Source: Candidatus Eiseniibacteriota bacterium
GTDB lineage: Bacteria > Eisenbacteria > RBG-16-71-46 > CAVPCR01
Length of the DNA stretch: 64,000 nucleotides
NCBI GenBank assembly: GCA_963702435.1
Contig: CAVPCR010000004.1
Span: forward strand, 224,001 to 288,000
Direction of reading: 5' to 3'
The position numbers were made by a program, and so were the translations under genes. Position 1 is the stretch's first letter, and each line of letters starts with the position of its first letter. Shown here piece by piece: positions 10,808 through 22,130 of the stretch. The notes beneath the pieces are model-generated. The model worked only from the letters and a program-made list of their open reading frames with translations. It searched no databases and had not been told where the DNA came from.

Positions 10808-11955
10808 GCGCGGGCGCGGCGGCCGTTCTGCGGGCCGCTTCGCTCCCGGACCGCGCAGCCATCCTTGCCTCGAGCGCGAGGAGCCACGCCTTCCGCTCGA
10901 GCCCGCCGCCGTAGCCGCGGAGGCTCCCGTCGGCGCCGATCACGCGATGGCACGGCACGATGATGGCGAGCGGATTCTGGCCGTTGGCGCGGGCCACCGC
11001 GCGATGCTTGCCCGGCTCTCCGATCGCGCGCGCGATCTCGTCGTAGCTCGCGGTCGTCCCGCAGGGGATCGCCGCGAGCGCCGCCCACACGCGCCGCTGG
11101 AACGGCGTGCCGCCGGCATCGAGCGCCAGCGTGAAGCGCGTGAGCCCGCCCGCGAAGTAGGCGGCGAGCTCCTCGGCGACGGCCGCCGGCACGCGCCCGC
11201 GTCGCGACCCCGTCCCACGCCGGGAAGCGGCGCGCGAGGAAGCGGCGGTTCCGCTCCGCGGTGAAGCGATCCGCGAACTCGAGGAGGGCGAGCCCGGCGG
11301 GGCTCGCCGCGGCGACCAGCGGGCCGATCGGGGTCGCGATCGTGTCGATGGCGATCGTGGCGGCGGTCATGACGATTCTCCCTGCGGGGCCGCGCCGGAG
11401 CGCGAGCGGCGCCATGCCGTAGCGGCGGCGAAACGCCGCCTGGAAGGCCGAGAGGCTCCCGAACCCGGAATCGAAGGCGATCTCGAGCACGGTCGCGCGC
11501 GTGGTGGTGAGCGCCCTGATCGCGCGCGCGAGCGCGAGCGAGGTCAAGAACTCCTTCGGCGTCGCGCCGGCCGCCTCCTTGACGATCCGCCGGAGCTGGC
11601 GTGCCGAGAGGCCGAGCTCCGCGGCGAGCGCGGTCACGCCGAGCCCCTCACCGCGCGTCGCCTCGTACCACCGGCGCGCGCGGGCCAGCACCTCACGACC
11701 GCGATCGCGCGCCGGGCTCTCGGGGACGCAGCGCTTGCAGGGGCGGAAGCCGGCGTGTCGCGCCTCCACCGGTGTCGAGAAGAAGACCACGTTCTCCGGC
11801 CGCGGCTTCCGCGCGCGACAGGAGGGGCGGCAGAAGATCCGGGTCGTGACCACGCCGGTGAGGAAGCGGCCATCGGCCTCGTGCGCCGATGCCATCATGA
11901 GCGCGAGCTTCTGGGCCCGGCTGAGGGCGGTGGCGTTGGTCATTTGCGTCTCCAT
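10779..11955 (-). CDS. ada: Bifunctional Ada regulator / O6-methylguanine-DNA methyltransferase, with one frameshift near 11195
   Basis: IFCRPSC..GFRPCKRC Zn domain and AraC HTH in one frame; TPFQRRVW..PCHRV active site in another frame. Confidence 0.85.
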
Positions 11956-12472
11956 CGCCGCCTATCGTAGGTAAGGCTGGCCAGCGCCGTCCAACGGGAA
12001 TCGGCCATGGAATTCGCCGGGGCGAGGACGGCTTGGCTCCCGGCGGCGCGTGGTGGAAGCGACCTGCCTCAGCCGTGGTGGCATTGGGTCGAGAGCACCG
12101 CATCGAGATCGAAGGTCTGTCCGAGAACCTTCATGCCTGTTTCCTGGTCCGCCGAAGGAGGCGCCATGTTGACCGTCGGAAACACCTCCCCGCCGGGCGG
12201 TGCCGGGGTGCCCTCGCTTGGGTTGTCGCGAGCAATCCCCGTGCTGGCTTCCGTGATTGGGTGACCGGTCGGTGTGCCGGGCCTTGGGCCCAAGACGGCC
12301 TGCGGGCCCGTTGGTGCGCCGAGTCTGGTCCGGGTTGCGGATGCCAAGTCGTTTCTTGACAGCCTATTGCATGGCGTGGACAGGAAGCGTCGGCCGGCCT
12401 GACTGAAGCACGGCGGTCGCGGCCGGCGACCGGCGACAGCAGTCGCCACATGATGCTCATCAAACATTATGC

Positions 12473-12509
12473 TTGACATGCATGGAACGCGGAGACATCC
12501 TGCCGGGCG
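12473..12509 (+). promoter_or_regulatory. Sigma70-type promoter, probably giving a leaderless mRNA
   Basis: TTGACA 12473-12478, 17 bp spacer, CATCCT 12496-12501, GTG start 7 nt later. Confidence 0.5.
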
Positions 12510-13780
12510 TGAAACTCGAGTTCGTGAATCGAGAGAGAGAGCTGCGTGAGCTGGACGCAGCGGCGAAGCGCGGTGGGTTGCTGGTGGTCTATGGTCGTCG
12601 GCGCGTGGGCAAGACGCGGCTCCTCCGGCAGTGGCTGCAGGCGCGCGACGGCCTCTACACCCAGGCCATCGAGGCGCAGCGGGACCAACAAATCCAGCAG
12701 GTTTTCCTCGACCTCCGGGCCCGTCTCGATACGCAGATCATCCCCAAGAGCTGGACCGAGTTGCTGGAAATCCTCGCGCTGCAGAAACGCCGCTGGGCGC
12801 TGTGCCTGGACGAGTTTCCCTACCTCACGGCGGCGGACCCATCGCTGCCAAGCCAGCTTCAGAAATGGCTGGACCATTCGCTCGAGCCCGGCCGGCTCCT
12901 GGTTCTTGCGGGGTCGAGCACGCGCATGATGAACGACCTGTTTCTCCACCGTGGCGCACCGCTCTTCGGACGTGCCGGCAAGCTCTTGCACGTGCAGCCG
13001 ATGGACTACGCTGCGTTCTGCCTGGCTTGCGGGCAAGATACGGGGGAACTCGAATCGTTCGAGAAGTTCGCCTGCGTCGGTGGCATTCCCAAGTACTGGG
13101 AGTTCCTCGAAACCGGACAGGATGTCGTGCGGCTCGCGGAGTCGCTCTACTTTGACTTTGCCCCCTACATGGAGCAGGAGCCGCAACGGATTCTGCGCGA
13201 CGAAGGCATTGCGGGGCTGAACGCGGTGGCGGTGCTGGAGGCAGTCGGCCGCGGCGCGGAACGGCCCTCGGAGATCGCGAGCCGGCTGGGCACCGCGCAG
13301 ACCAACCTGTCGCGGCCACTGCAGCAGCTCTTGGACACCTCCATCCTGACCCGTGATCTGCCGTTCGGCGAGAGCATACGTTCTACGAGGAAGGTCCTCT
13401 ACCGTATTCAGGACCCCACCCTTCGCTTCTGGTTCCGCGTCTTCTCGCCGCACCAGAGTCTCTGGCGGACCTACTCGACGGCGCAAAGGCGTAAGCTGAT
13501 CCGCGACCACGCCGCCACGGTGTTCGAGGACCTCTGCAGGGCTCACGTCCCGGGGGCGCAGCGTTATTGGGAGAGCGACATCGAGCTCGACCTGGTTGCT
13601 CGCGACCCGGAGGACGCCACGCGATTGCTCGTGGCGGAGGTCAAGTGGCGGCACCTGCGCGCCGAGGAGCGAAGGAGCCTGCTCCGCCAGCTCGAGAGCA
13701 AGTGGTCCCGCTGCTCCCTTCGCGCGCGCCATCCCAGGGTCCGGTTCGCAGTGCTCGACGCGGGTATCCTGGCCCGCTGA
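12509..13780 (+). CDS. Archaeal-type AAA+ ATPase with wHTH and C-terminal PD-(D/E)XK (DUF234-like) domain
   Basis: FVNREREL, YGRRRVGKT, LDEFPYL, GGIPKY, ELDLVA..VAEVKW. Confidence 0.85.
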   Translation: MKLEFVNRERELRELDAAAKRGGLLVVYGRRRVGKTRLLRQWLQARDGLYTQAIEAQRDQQIQQVFLDLRARLDTQIIPKSWTELLEILALQKRRWALCLDEFPYLTAADPSLPSQLQKWLDHSLEPGRLLVLAGSSTRMMNDLFLHRGAPLFGRAGKLLHVQPMDYAAFCLACGQDTGELESFEKFACVGGIPKYWEFLETGQDVVRLAESLYFDFAPYMEQEPQRILRDEGIAGLNAVAVLEAVGRGAERPSEIASRLGTAQTNLSRPLQQLLDTSILTRDLPFGESIRSTRKVLYRIQDPTLRFWFRVFSPHQSLWRTYSTAQRRKLIRDHAATVFEDLCRAHVPGAQRYWESDIELDLVARDPEDATRLLVAEVKWRHLRAEERRSLLRQLESKWSRCSLRARHPRVRFAVLDAGILAR

Positions 13781-14001
13781 AAGGGGCACTACCGCCTCTG
13801 GTGCTCGAGGGGCCGCGGCTCGACCCGAAGCTCGCGGCCGATGGCTTGATTCTCTCGATGGTGGCACGTCCCCGTTCCCGCAGCTCGTTGCCGGCTTCCA
13901 CAAAGTCCCGCCGTCCCGCGAAGAGTGCCGAATGGCCACCGTGCGCGTCGCCGACACGGGCGCCTTGTTGCCGCCGGTTACCCTCGTTGCCGCGAGGAAT
14001 C

Positions 14002-14031
14002 CCTGTTGATTCCTCGTCGCAAACGAGGAGG
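14002..14031. repeat. Left attachment site of the integrated element
   Basis: CCTGTTGATTCCTCGTCGCAAACGAGGAGG, direct repeat of 47959-47987; part of an imperfect palindrome 13982-14029; at the 3' end of the recombinase. Confidence 0.85.
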
Positions 14032-15615
14032 GTCCGGTGTCGGCGGCGGGCGGCGCCGAAGCGGTAGTTCACGGTGACGACGAGTTCGCGCTTCCCGTCC
14101 TCGATGACCGTGTCCGCCGTAATCCCTTCTACGAGCGTCTCTACCAGCTCCCTGCGGAGCGCGAAGGTCAGGGGCGCGTCGAGCCGCGCGTTCAGGCTCG
14201 CGAGCAGCGCCTCGGCCGATTCGAGGTGGGACGACAGCCTCCTCGATCGCCTGGAGAGCTACACGGGCTTGATTGCGCGCCGCGACGAGTCCGTCCCGCT
14301 CGGCCTCGACTTCGGTCAGTTGCTGGTCGAGGGTGGCGTCGTCGATCCGCCCCCGGCGGTAGAGGGTGACGACGTTCAGCCGCTCCTTCTCCTTCTTCGC
14401 GAGGGCACGCTCGGCGGTCTGGAGTTCCTTCGGATGGCCTGGGCCTCGCCGGTGGTGTCCGCGAGGCTGGCGGCGACCTCCTGCAGCACGGGGCCGGGGT
14501 TGCGAATGAAGCCGGCGATGTCCTGCCAGACCACCTCTTCGAGATCGCCGGGAACCGGGCGGCTGGGGCACTTGCCGCCCTCCTTCCCGAACGCGCCCTT
14601 GGCGCCGTGCTTCCCGCTGCAGAGGTAGTAGGGTTTGTTCCCGTAATGGTTGCTGCCAAGAGCGTCAAGTGGCACAACGAGCACTTCATCAGGCCCCTGA
14701 GCAGGTAGTCCCTCTTGCCGTTCCGGGGGCTCCAGATCGTGTTCTTCCGGAGCGTCTCTTGAGCGCGCGCCCAAGTCTCGGCGTCGACGATGGCCGGGAC
14801 TTCGCGCTCGATGAGTTCGCGTTTCTTCTTCGCGTGCTTGCCGTAGACGTGGATGCCCTTGTACGTCGGGTTCACGAGAACGTGGCGGACGCGGCCGGGA
14901 CGCCAGACGCCGGCGGTGTTCCGCTTTCGCCTCCCTGTGGCATGGCCCGGGATCAGATAGGCGGTCGGGATGCACAGGTTGTTCAGGTGCGTCGCGATCG
15001 CTGCGCAGGACTTCCCCTCGTCGGCCGAAAGCCGGAAGATGAGTTTCACGACATCAGCTTCGCAGAGGGTGAGGCCGAGGAGTGGCGTGTCGGCGACGAC
15101 AAGACGTGCGTGACGCTTTTCACCCACCCGAACGAACCCATAAGGAACAACCCCTGACCACATGCCCCCACGCACCGCGCGGTCGGTGCCCGCCGACATG
15201 CGCTGAAGTATGTTCGCGCGTTCGAGCCCGGCGACTCCGCCCAAGATCGTGAGCATGAACCGACCGGACGGCGTGTTCGAATCAAACGCCTCGGTCATGC
15301 ACTTGATCTGGACTCCGAGCGACTCGAGTTCGTTCACGCGTCAAGGATCAGGCGAGCATCGCGGCCGAGACGATCGAGCTTGTAGATGAGGACCGTGTCG
15401 AACGCATGCTCCTTCGCGTCATCAAGGAGCCGCCGCCCCTCAGGCCGCTCGCCGAGAGGGATCGTGCCCGAGCAGCCGTCGTCGGCGAAGTAGTTGGCGA
15501 CCGGGATCTCGTGCAACTCGCAGTACTTCTTGGCGAAGTCGCGCTGGATCTCGATCGTCTGGCGCTCGCGTTGCTCTTCGCTCGAGCTGACGCGCATGTA
15601 GATCGCGGATTTCAT
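14032..15615 (-). pseudogene. Large serine recombinase (integrase), several frameshifts (~15337, ~14665, ~14385, ~14230)
   Basis: IYMRVSS..Q catalytic motif, KLDRLGR, VPYGF, IVDAETW, YLLRGLMKC..C Zn ribbon, RRELVETLVEGI C-terminus spread over ORFs 15334-15726, 14192-15337, 14376-14975, 13978-14571. Confidence 0.85.
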
Positions 15616-16631
15616 TCCTTGCTTTTCCTCTTTCTCGGAATACCGAGCGGTTTCACCGGTGGATGCACGATTGCCATCCAGGCACGTTCGAAGTCTCGGC
15701 TCATGTTGCTTGGCGTGTAACGCCATAGCTGCTGGCCGTGCTTCTCATCCCACAACTCAGCCGCCTCAGTCCAGGGGAAGTCAAGTCCTTGTTCTTCCAT
15801 TTCGGCCCAGCTCTTGCCAATCCTCTGCTCGCGGAAGGCCTCAATGAACTCAACAAGAACCAATGCTCTTCCTCGCATTGACCTCACCTCATGGCCGTAC
15901 GCATCACGCTGTAGATGCTGAATCGCTCTCTTCACGCTGTCGGCTGTGACCCAGGGCTCGACTCGGAGGTCAAACACAAAGCGGGTGTGATCTCCCCTCC
16001 ATCCACCCGGGTGACGCACACCGATGGCGAAGACGGGAGGAGGGTTTCCTGTCATGACGAAGAGGGTCGCAGCAGACTCCGACCAAAGGTAGTGCTGCGA
16101 CAGGTCGGAGGCGACAGATTGGATCTGTCCGAGCACCGAGTGTGGCGCGACGCGCAGCTCCCCGCGTGGCAGGACGAGCCTCGGGTTGTGCCCGTGACCA
16201 TCGGCCCCGATGAATGCCGCTCTTGGAACGTCCAGTGATCCTCCACGCCAGGTGAAGCGGATCATTGTTGACAGCGTCATGTCGAGCGGCTTCGGCCCGA
16301 GATGCGGATCGTAGTAAAGCGATTGATGGGCGAGCAGCGGGATCCCGTGCTTCTCGAACCAGTCAATATCGAAGAATCGTGGACCGACCTGTAGAAGGAG
16401 GGCCTGAGCTTCATCCAACGTGAGGACACGCCCCCCGAACAGCCTCTCTCGAAGACCGATCAGCGCCAAATCGCGGCACGCGAGCGAAGCGTAGAGGCGG
16501 CTTTGGATCTGCGCTCGACGCTGCTCCAGGGGTGTCAGGACGATGTCCAGCTCGGTGCGGGTCTTCACCCCCCGAGGTCTACCAGGTCCCGCCACGATTC
16601 CCTCCTTATGGCTAAGCGACCTTGGAAGCAA
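15612..16631 (-). CDS. Hypothetical protein, translationally coupled to the integrase (possible C-terminal HTH)
   Basis: 339 aa ORF with lower-GC codons; stop overlaps integrase start (ATGA). Confidence 0.6.
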   Translation of the reverse strand: MLPRSLSHKEGIVAGPGRPRGVKTRTELDIVLTPLEQRRAQIQSRLYASLACRDLALIGLRERLFGGRVLTLDEAQALLLQVGPRFFDIDWFEKHGIPLLAHQSLYYDPHLGPKPLDMTLSTMIRFTWRGGSLDVPRAAFIGADGHGHNPRLVLPRGELRVAPHSVLGQIQSVASDLSQHYLWSESAATLFVMTGNPPPVFAIGVRHPGGWRGDHTRFVFDLRVEPWVTADSVKRAIQHLQRDAYGHEVRSMRGRALVLVEFIEAFREQRIGKSWAEMEEQGLDFPWTEAAELWDEKHGQQLWRYTPSNMSRDFERAWMAIVHPPVKPLGIPRKRKSKE

Positions 16632-16793
16632 GGCTGCTTCACTCTACATTGCTCCACGCGACAGCAACAGTGCGATTAAGAAAGTTCTTAGTTGCACGTC
16701 GCTGGCCGGTGGAATCAGCTTGGAATATTCATGTCTGCACGTGATTGAGCCACATCGTGCGTGATACACCTCTTCGGAACGGAGGTGAATCAC

Positions 16794-17003
16794 ATGGATG
16801 ACGTTCGAGAACTGCTCAGAGTCGCTGACGTAGCTCCTGTGGTCGGCGTCTCGAAGTCGCGGATTTATCAAATGGTCTCTGCTGGCCAAATTCCCGCGGT
16901 GCGAGTGGCTGGTTCGATCCGCATTCCAAGAACCGCTCTTATGGCATGGCTATCCGAAGCGCGCGATTCCGCTCTGGCGGCGCTCCGTCGCAACGAGAGC
17001 TAG
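16794..17003 (+). CDS. Excisionase-family helix-turn-helix protein
   Basis: LLRVADVAPVVGVSKSRIYQMVSAGQIPAVRVAGSIRI; GGAGGTG RBS. Confidence 0.85.
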   Translation: MDDVRELLRVADVAPVVGVSKSRIYQMVSAGQIPAVRVAGSIRIPRTALMAWLSEARDSALAALRRNES

Positions 17004-17009
17004 TGAGCC

Positions 17010-17210
17010 GTGCGAATCGAGCGTCGATACGCAAGCGATCTGCGGCGTGGGGTAGACGCTCTGCGACGAATTCTGCGCGAACCGATGGTAGATCGCGCGG
17101 GTGAGTCCATGTTCATTGCGGCCGTTGAGTCGTGGAAGCGCGAGACGAAAGTCCCAGCGCCTCCGATCGGTGAAGGCGGAGATGAAGAGCAAGACGCGGT
17201 TGCCGTATGA
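17010..17210 (+). CDS. Small hypothetical protein
   Basis: 66 aa ORF filling the gap between the xis-like gene and the primase. Confidence 0.4.
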   Translation: MRIERRYASDLRRGVDALRRILREPMVDRAGESMFIAAVESWKRETKVPAPPIGEGGDEEQDAVAV

Positions 17211-20011
17211 CGCGGACCTCGTTGTCGAGGACGGTGCGGTCGAGGCCTGGCAGGCAGGAGTCCAAGAACTGGCCCGCCGAAAGGCAGCTCAGAAGGCCGA
17301 ACCGCCGGCCGAAGCGAGGAAGAAGATGACCGAAGCTGCCCGTAGTACCGGGCTCGACGAAGCGACGGTTGACATCGCGGAGGTCGATGTCGGGGAAATC
17401 AGTCGCTGGATGAAGGTGCTCCTCCCATCCGGGCAGGTCACCGAACTCCGTGCGCTGCAAGTCATGACCTCCGAGTGGCAACGCCCGCACACCGCGAGTG
17501 GCTACTTCAACGACCCCGGCAAGCTAGCCGTGAGCGCCGCCAGCCTTGTCAGCGCCAAGGGCATCTACGTCATCCCCAATCCGGTCAACCCGGCGCTCCT
17601 CGCTCGCTGCGTGAACCGGGTGCGGGGACTGCGTCAAGGTGACCCCACCACCTCGAACGCCGACATTGTCGCCCGGATGTGGCTCCTCTGCGACGTCGAT
17701 CCCAGACGACCGACTGGGATTTCAGCGACGGATGCGGAACACCAGGCGGCGCTCATCAAGGCGCAGGAGATCCGGGACACCCTCGCGGAGATCGACTGGC
17801 CGAGGCCGATCGTCGTCGACAGCGGCAACGGCGCACAGCTGCACTATCGTCTCGACCTCCCGTGTGACGACCATGGCCTCGTGGAGCGCGTGCTGACCGC
17901 GATCTCCTTTCGGTTCAACGACGATGTCGTCCAGATCGATACCAGCGTTCACAACGCGGCGCGCCTGGTAAAGCTCCCGGGGACCTGGGCGCGGAAGGGG
18001 GACCACACCGCGGAGCGGCCGCACCGGCTTGCCCACATTATCGAGATGCCTGAAGCACTTGAGGTCGTGCGGCTGGAGCTGCTGGAGGTGATGGCGGCCA
18101 CGGTTCCCACGGAGCCACGGACGACAGCGGGGGCTAAATCAGGGAAGCGACGGGCGGCCGGAGACGGCTCTTTCGACATCGACACGTGGATTCGGGAGCA
18201 CTGCGGCGATATTCACGGACCGTCCCCGTGGCAAGGCGGGCGCCGATGGGTGTTTTCCGTTTGCCCATGGAACCCCGAACACACGAATGGGAGCGCGTTC
18301 ATCCTGCAGCTTTCCAGCGGCGCGATCGCCGCCGGTTGCCTTCACAACGGATGCAGTGCCAAGAACTGGCACGATCTTCGAGAGATGCTCTCGCCCCGGG
18401 GCGGCCGGAGGATCGGTCATCCGGCAGACGGAGGTCGGCCAAAGGAAGCGCCGCAGGACTCGACAGGGCTGCCCAAGATCATCGTTCGAAACGAGTTCGA
18501 GGAGGTCATCCGTGAGGCAGAGGCCGCACTCCTCGATCACGATCGGGAGATCTTCGTCCGCGGCGGCGAGATCGTGCATGTGGTGCGTGATGCGGCCCAG
18601 AAGATCAAATGGCTCAAGCGGCCTCCCAACATCCCGACGATATCGTCCCTGAGCGTAGACAATCTTCGGTTCCACATGGATGCGGTAGCCCACTGGGTCA
18701 AGCTCGTGAAGGACAAGAGCACGGGTGGACTCGTAGAGGCCAACGCGCTCCCGCCCATCTGGGCCGCGCGCGCGCTGCACGGCCTCGGCATGTGGCCATT
18801 CTCACCGCTTGAGGCCGTGGTCGAAGTGCCAGTGCTTCGCCCGGACGGATCAGTGGTAGACAGCCCGGGCTACGACCCTTCAACCGGTCTCATCTACGTT
18901 CCCAACTTCGATCTGCCTGAAATCGGCAAGTCGCGGGATGAGGCGGTGGAAGCAGCTAAGCAACTCTCTGAAGTCGTCGCCGACTTTCCCTTCCGGAAGC
19001 CCGAGCACCAAGCGGCGTGGATCGCCGGTGTCCTCACCCCGATGGCCCGCTGGGCATATTCCGGACCGGCTCCCCTCTTCCTCATCGACGCCAACTGCGC
19101 CGGATCGGGCAAGGGTCTGCTCGCGCATGTGACGGGCCTCATCGCCACGGGGCGGACCATGGCCGTCATGGCCCCAGCGGGCGACGAGGAGATGCGGAAG
19201 CGCATCTTGGCCATCGCCCTGGCGGGGGACCGCCTGTCATTGATCGACAACGTTCGTGATGTCTTGGGCGGGTCGGCGCTCGACGCCATGCTCACGGCGA
19301 CCACGTGGCGCGATCGCTACCTGGGGATGACGAAGATGGCGCCGGAGGTGCCGCTCTATACGACCTGGTACGCGACCGGCAACAACGTTCAGCTCATCGG
19401 AGACACGGCTCGGCGAACGCTACACGTGAGGCTTGAGTCCCCCCTCGAAGAGCCCGAGAAGCGGACAGGCTTCAAGCACAAGGATCTCCTGAGCTGGGTC
19501 ACTGATGAGCGGCCCCGGTTAGCACGAGCGGCGCTCACGATCCTGCGGGCTTACCTATCGGCTGGATGCCCGGGGGCGGGGAAGCTGGCCACTTGGGGCT
19601 CGTACGAGGAGTGGTCGCGGATCGTGCGTGGCGCGGTCGTTCTGGGCGGACCTTCCCGACCCCTACGAGACGCGGCGGGAGTTGGTCACCCAGAGCGACC
19701 TCGGGAAGGCAACACTCGGGAAGCTACTGCAGGGACTCATGGGGATCGATCCCGACAACGCTGGCATCAGCCTGAGCACGATGGTGCGGCGCTTGGAAGA
19801 GGAGAAGGAGAGTCATGGTGCTCTCCGCGAAGCGCTGGTCGAGCTTGGGCACAAGCCGAACGGCGATCTCCGCGGCCTCGGGCGTCGTCTCGCGGGGTTC
19901 CGAGGCCGGGTGCTGGGCGGCATGGCGCTCGACCACAAAGAGGCGAAGAGCGGCGAAGGGGTGCTCTGGTGCGTGACCTGGGTTGGTGGTGCCCATGGTC
20001 AGCCCTTATGA
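17182..20011 (+). CDS. AEP-type primase-polymerase / Zn finger / P-loop helicase replication protein; frameshift near 19640
   Basis: LCDVDP, DSGNGAQLHY, RLVKLPGT (AEP); CPW..H..CLHNGC; AGSGKG Walker A, LIDNV, ATGNN, RR; continues in frame 19628-20011. Confidence 0.8.
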
Positions 20012-20127
20012 CTTTATTGACTTTAGTGACTCTGCTTCTCCGGGAGAAAGATCGAGTGAAAGGGAAGGGAGGAGGAGAAGGAGAATTGAGAGGGGGGCTT
20101 TCACTGTCACTTCTGTCAGTACAGTCA
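20009..20127. promoter_or_regulatory. Putative iteron-type replication origin
   Basis: TGAC at 20009, 20018, 20027 and inverted GTCA at 20106, 20115, 20124 (9 bp period) around a purine-rich spacer. Confidence 0.6.
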
Positions 20128-20439
20128 TTCACCACGCCGAGCGGAGCGCCCTCGGCGTACCCCGGCGGCGTCCCCGCCGAGATGTGGCACGGGAGCGCGC
20201 TCCGGGTCGGGCGACGGCTGAAGGCGACCGGCAGACCCCTTCCAGAATCGCGTCCAGGCCTCAGGAGCCCCACGTACTTGCGCGAATCTGGAAGCGAACC
20301 GGGTCGCCCCTGCTCCGGGTATGGGTCGAGAGGATGCGTGTGCAGCATCGCGGCGACGGCGAGGCCGAGAGGGCACGGTGCCTGGTCGAGCATACGAAAC
20401 CGCAGCAGGGTGAGGGAGGTTCACGGCCGGCGGCCAAGG

Positions 20440-22130
20440 CTACCGGCGCAGCCCCCGGAGCATCCCCCCGCCGAGGCCACGCCCGAGCAGTGTCGATCCG
20501 CGGCCCGGCCAGCTCCGATAGGGCCAGCCGAAGGTGGAGTCCGCGAGCGGCCGCCGGAGATCGAGGACGCGTACTCGCGGGCCGCCGCTGTGCCGCGCCG
20601 CCATCCACGCGTAGGTGAATGCCAGGCTGAGGTGATCCTCGCCGGTGCGCACGTACTTGTAACGCTTCGCCCCGGTGTCTTGGTCCTCCTCCAGCACTTT
20701 GGCGTCGGCCGCCATGTGCCTGGCGAAGGTCTCCACGATGGGCACGCGGCGGGGGAGGGTGACCAGCTTCTCCCGGACGGCCGCCCGCGAGGCGTCGAGC
20801 GCCTCGGTGCGGTTCACCTGGACGGTCAGCGCGTCCCGGTCCCATCTCGCCTCGCCCCTGGATCTCATCGAAGAAGGACATGTAGACACGTCCTCGGTGC
20901 CGGTGGGCGAACTCGCGGGTGGCGTGGGTCTCGGGCAGCCCGTCGATGACGCAGCGGAAGACACGGAACCGCTTCATCGAGTCGTCCAGCTCGCCGAAGT
21001 CGTGGCAGACCGCGAGGTGGACGAGCCGGACCCGGCCGGGCCCGTAGTCGTCCTGGTCGCCGCTCTCCTGCTTGAGCACGACGACGTGGAACTGGCTTCC
21101 GGTGTCGATGCCCATCGAGTACGTCGCCACTTTCCTCGGCCTTCTCCTGGATCGGCTCCTCGCTGCAGAGGGCGAGCACGGTGGACATGTCCAGCCGCCG
21201 TTCGAGGTCCGCCCAGGGGATCCCGATCTTCAGGTTGTAGAAGCGGTCGGGGTAGCGGGTCGTCCGGTACTCCCTGAGGATCTCGCCGGGATCGACCTTG
21301 GACGAGAAGAGCTGCGAGATCCGGTAGCCGTGGATCGGGCGGTCGGGGAAGTCGGCCACCCACTCGCCGGCGTCGAGGTCGAGTTCCGCCGAGCACTTGG
21401 GGCAGGCGCGGTAGAAGGTGCCGTCGGGGCGCGGGAGGATGATCCGGACCTCCTCGCCGAGCTTCAGCGGGAACTCCTTGTCGAGCGCCGTCCAGGCGCC
21501 GCAGGCGGGGCACTTCAAGCGTCCAGTGCCGCTGGTCGGATTGCTGGTACTCTCGTCGATGCCGTAGTCGGGGAGCGACGGGTTCGACAGCTCGATGACC
21601 CGCTTGTAGTCCGAGTGCGCGAGGCGCTCCAGGGCCATCGCCTTGGCGGCCGGCGCGGCCTCGTCGAGCTCGTCGAAGACGACCATGTCGGCCGGGACCG
21701 ACTTCATCCCGACCGTCGACTGCATCCCCCGCAGGTAGAGATGCGCCTCGCCGATCCGCTTCAAACCCGCCGTGTCGGTGTCGGTCATCATCTTGGCGAG
21801 GAAGGGGTTGTCGGCCAGGAGCGGCGAGACCCGCGACTTCGAGAAGTCCAGCACATCGGTCCTGGTCGGGAAGAAGTAGATGACGTTGAGCCCGGTCAGG
21901 CAGGCGTGGATCGAGCGGAGGATCGCCCACGTCGTCCCGCCGATCTGCGCTGCCTTCTACAGCACGACGTGCGGCGACGTGTCGTCGTAGATCGCGCGCA
22001 GGTACTCGTGCCCCTCGAACCGGAACGGGACGCCGTCGAGACGGATCCGCTTGCAGCGCCCACGCGGCGAGCGGATCAGTGAACGACCGCGTCGCCGGCC
22101 TCGCCAGTTCCTCCGTCCTCCTCTTCAGGT
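20440..22130 (-). pseudogene. Phage terminase large subunit (GpA-like), frameshifted; start approximate
   Basis: KAAQIGGTT Walker A, YFFPT, VVFDELDE Walker B, SNP, SDQRHW..CPAC, CPKC, MGIDTG nuclease Asp, DGLP, EDHLSLA. Confidence 0.8.

Noticed and set aside
11180..11220. Programmed frameshift in ada
   Set aside because: No slippery sequence; a single indel in GC-rich DNA is more likely an error or mutation
19650..20949. C-terminal ~430 aa of the 1282 aa ORF as a real primase extension
   Set aside because: Protein-like sequence shifts to frame 19628-20011; the rest crosses the origin and is antisense to TerL
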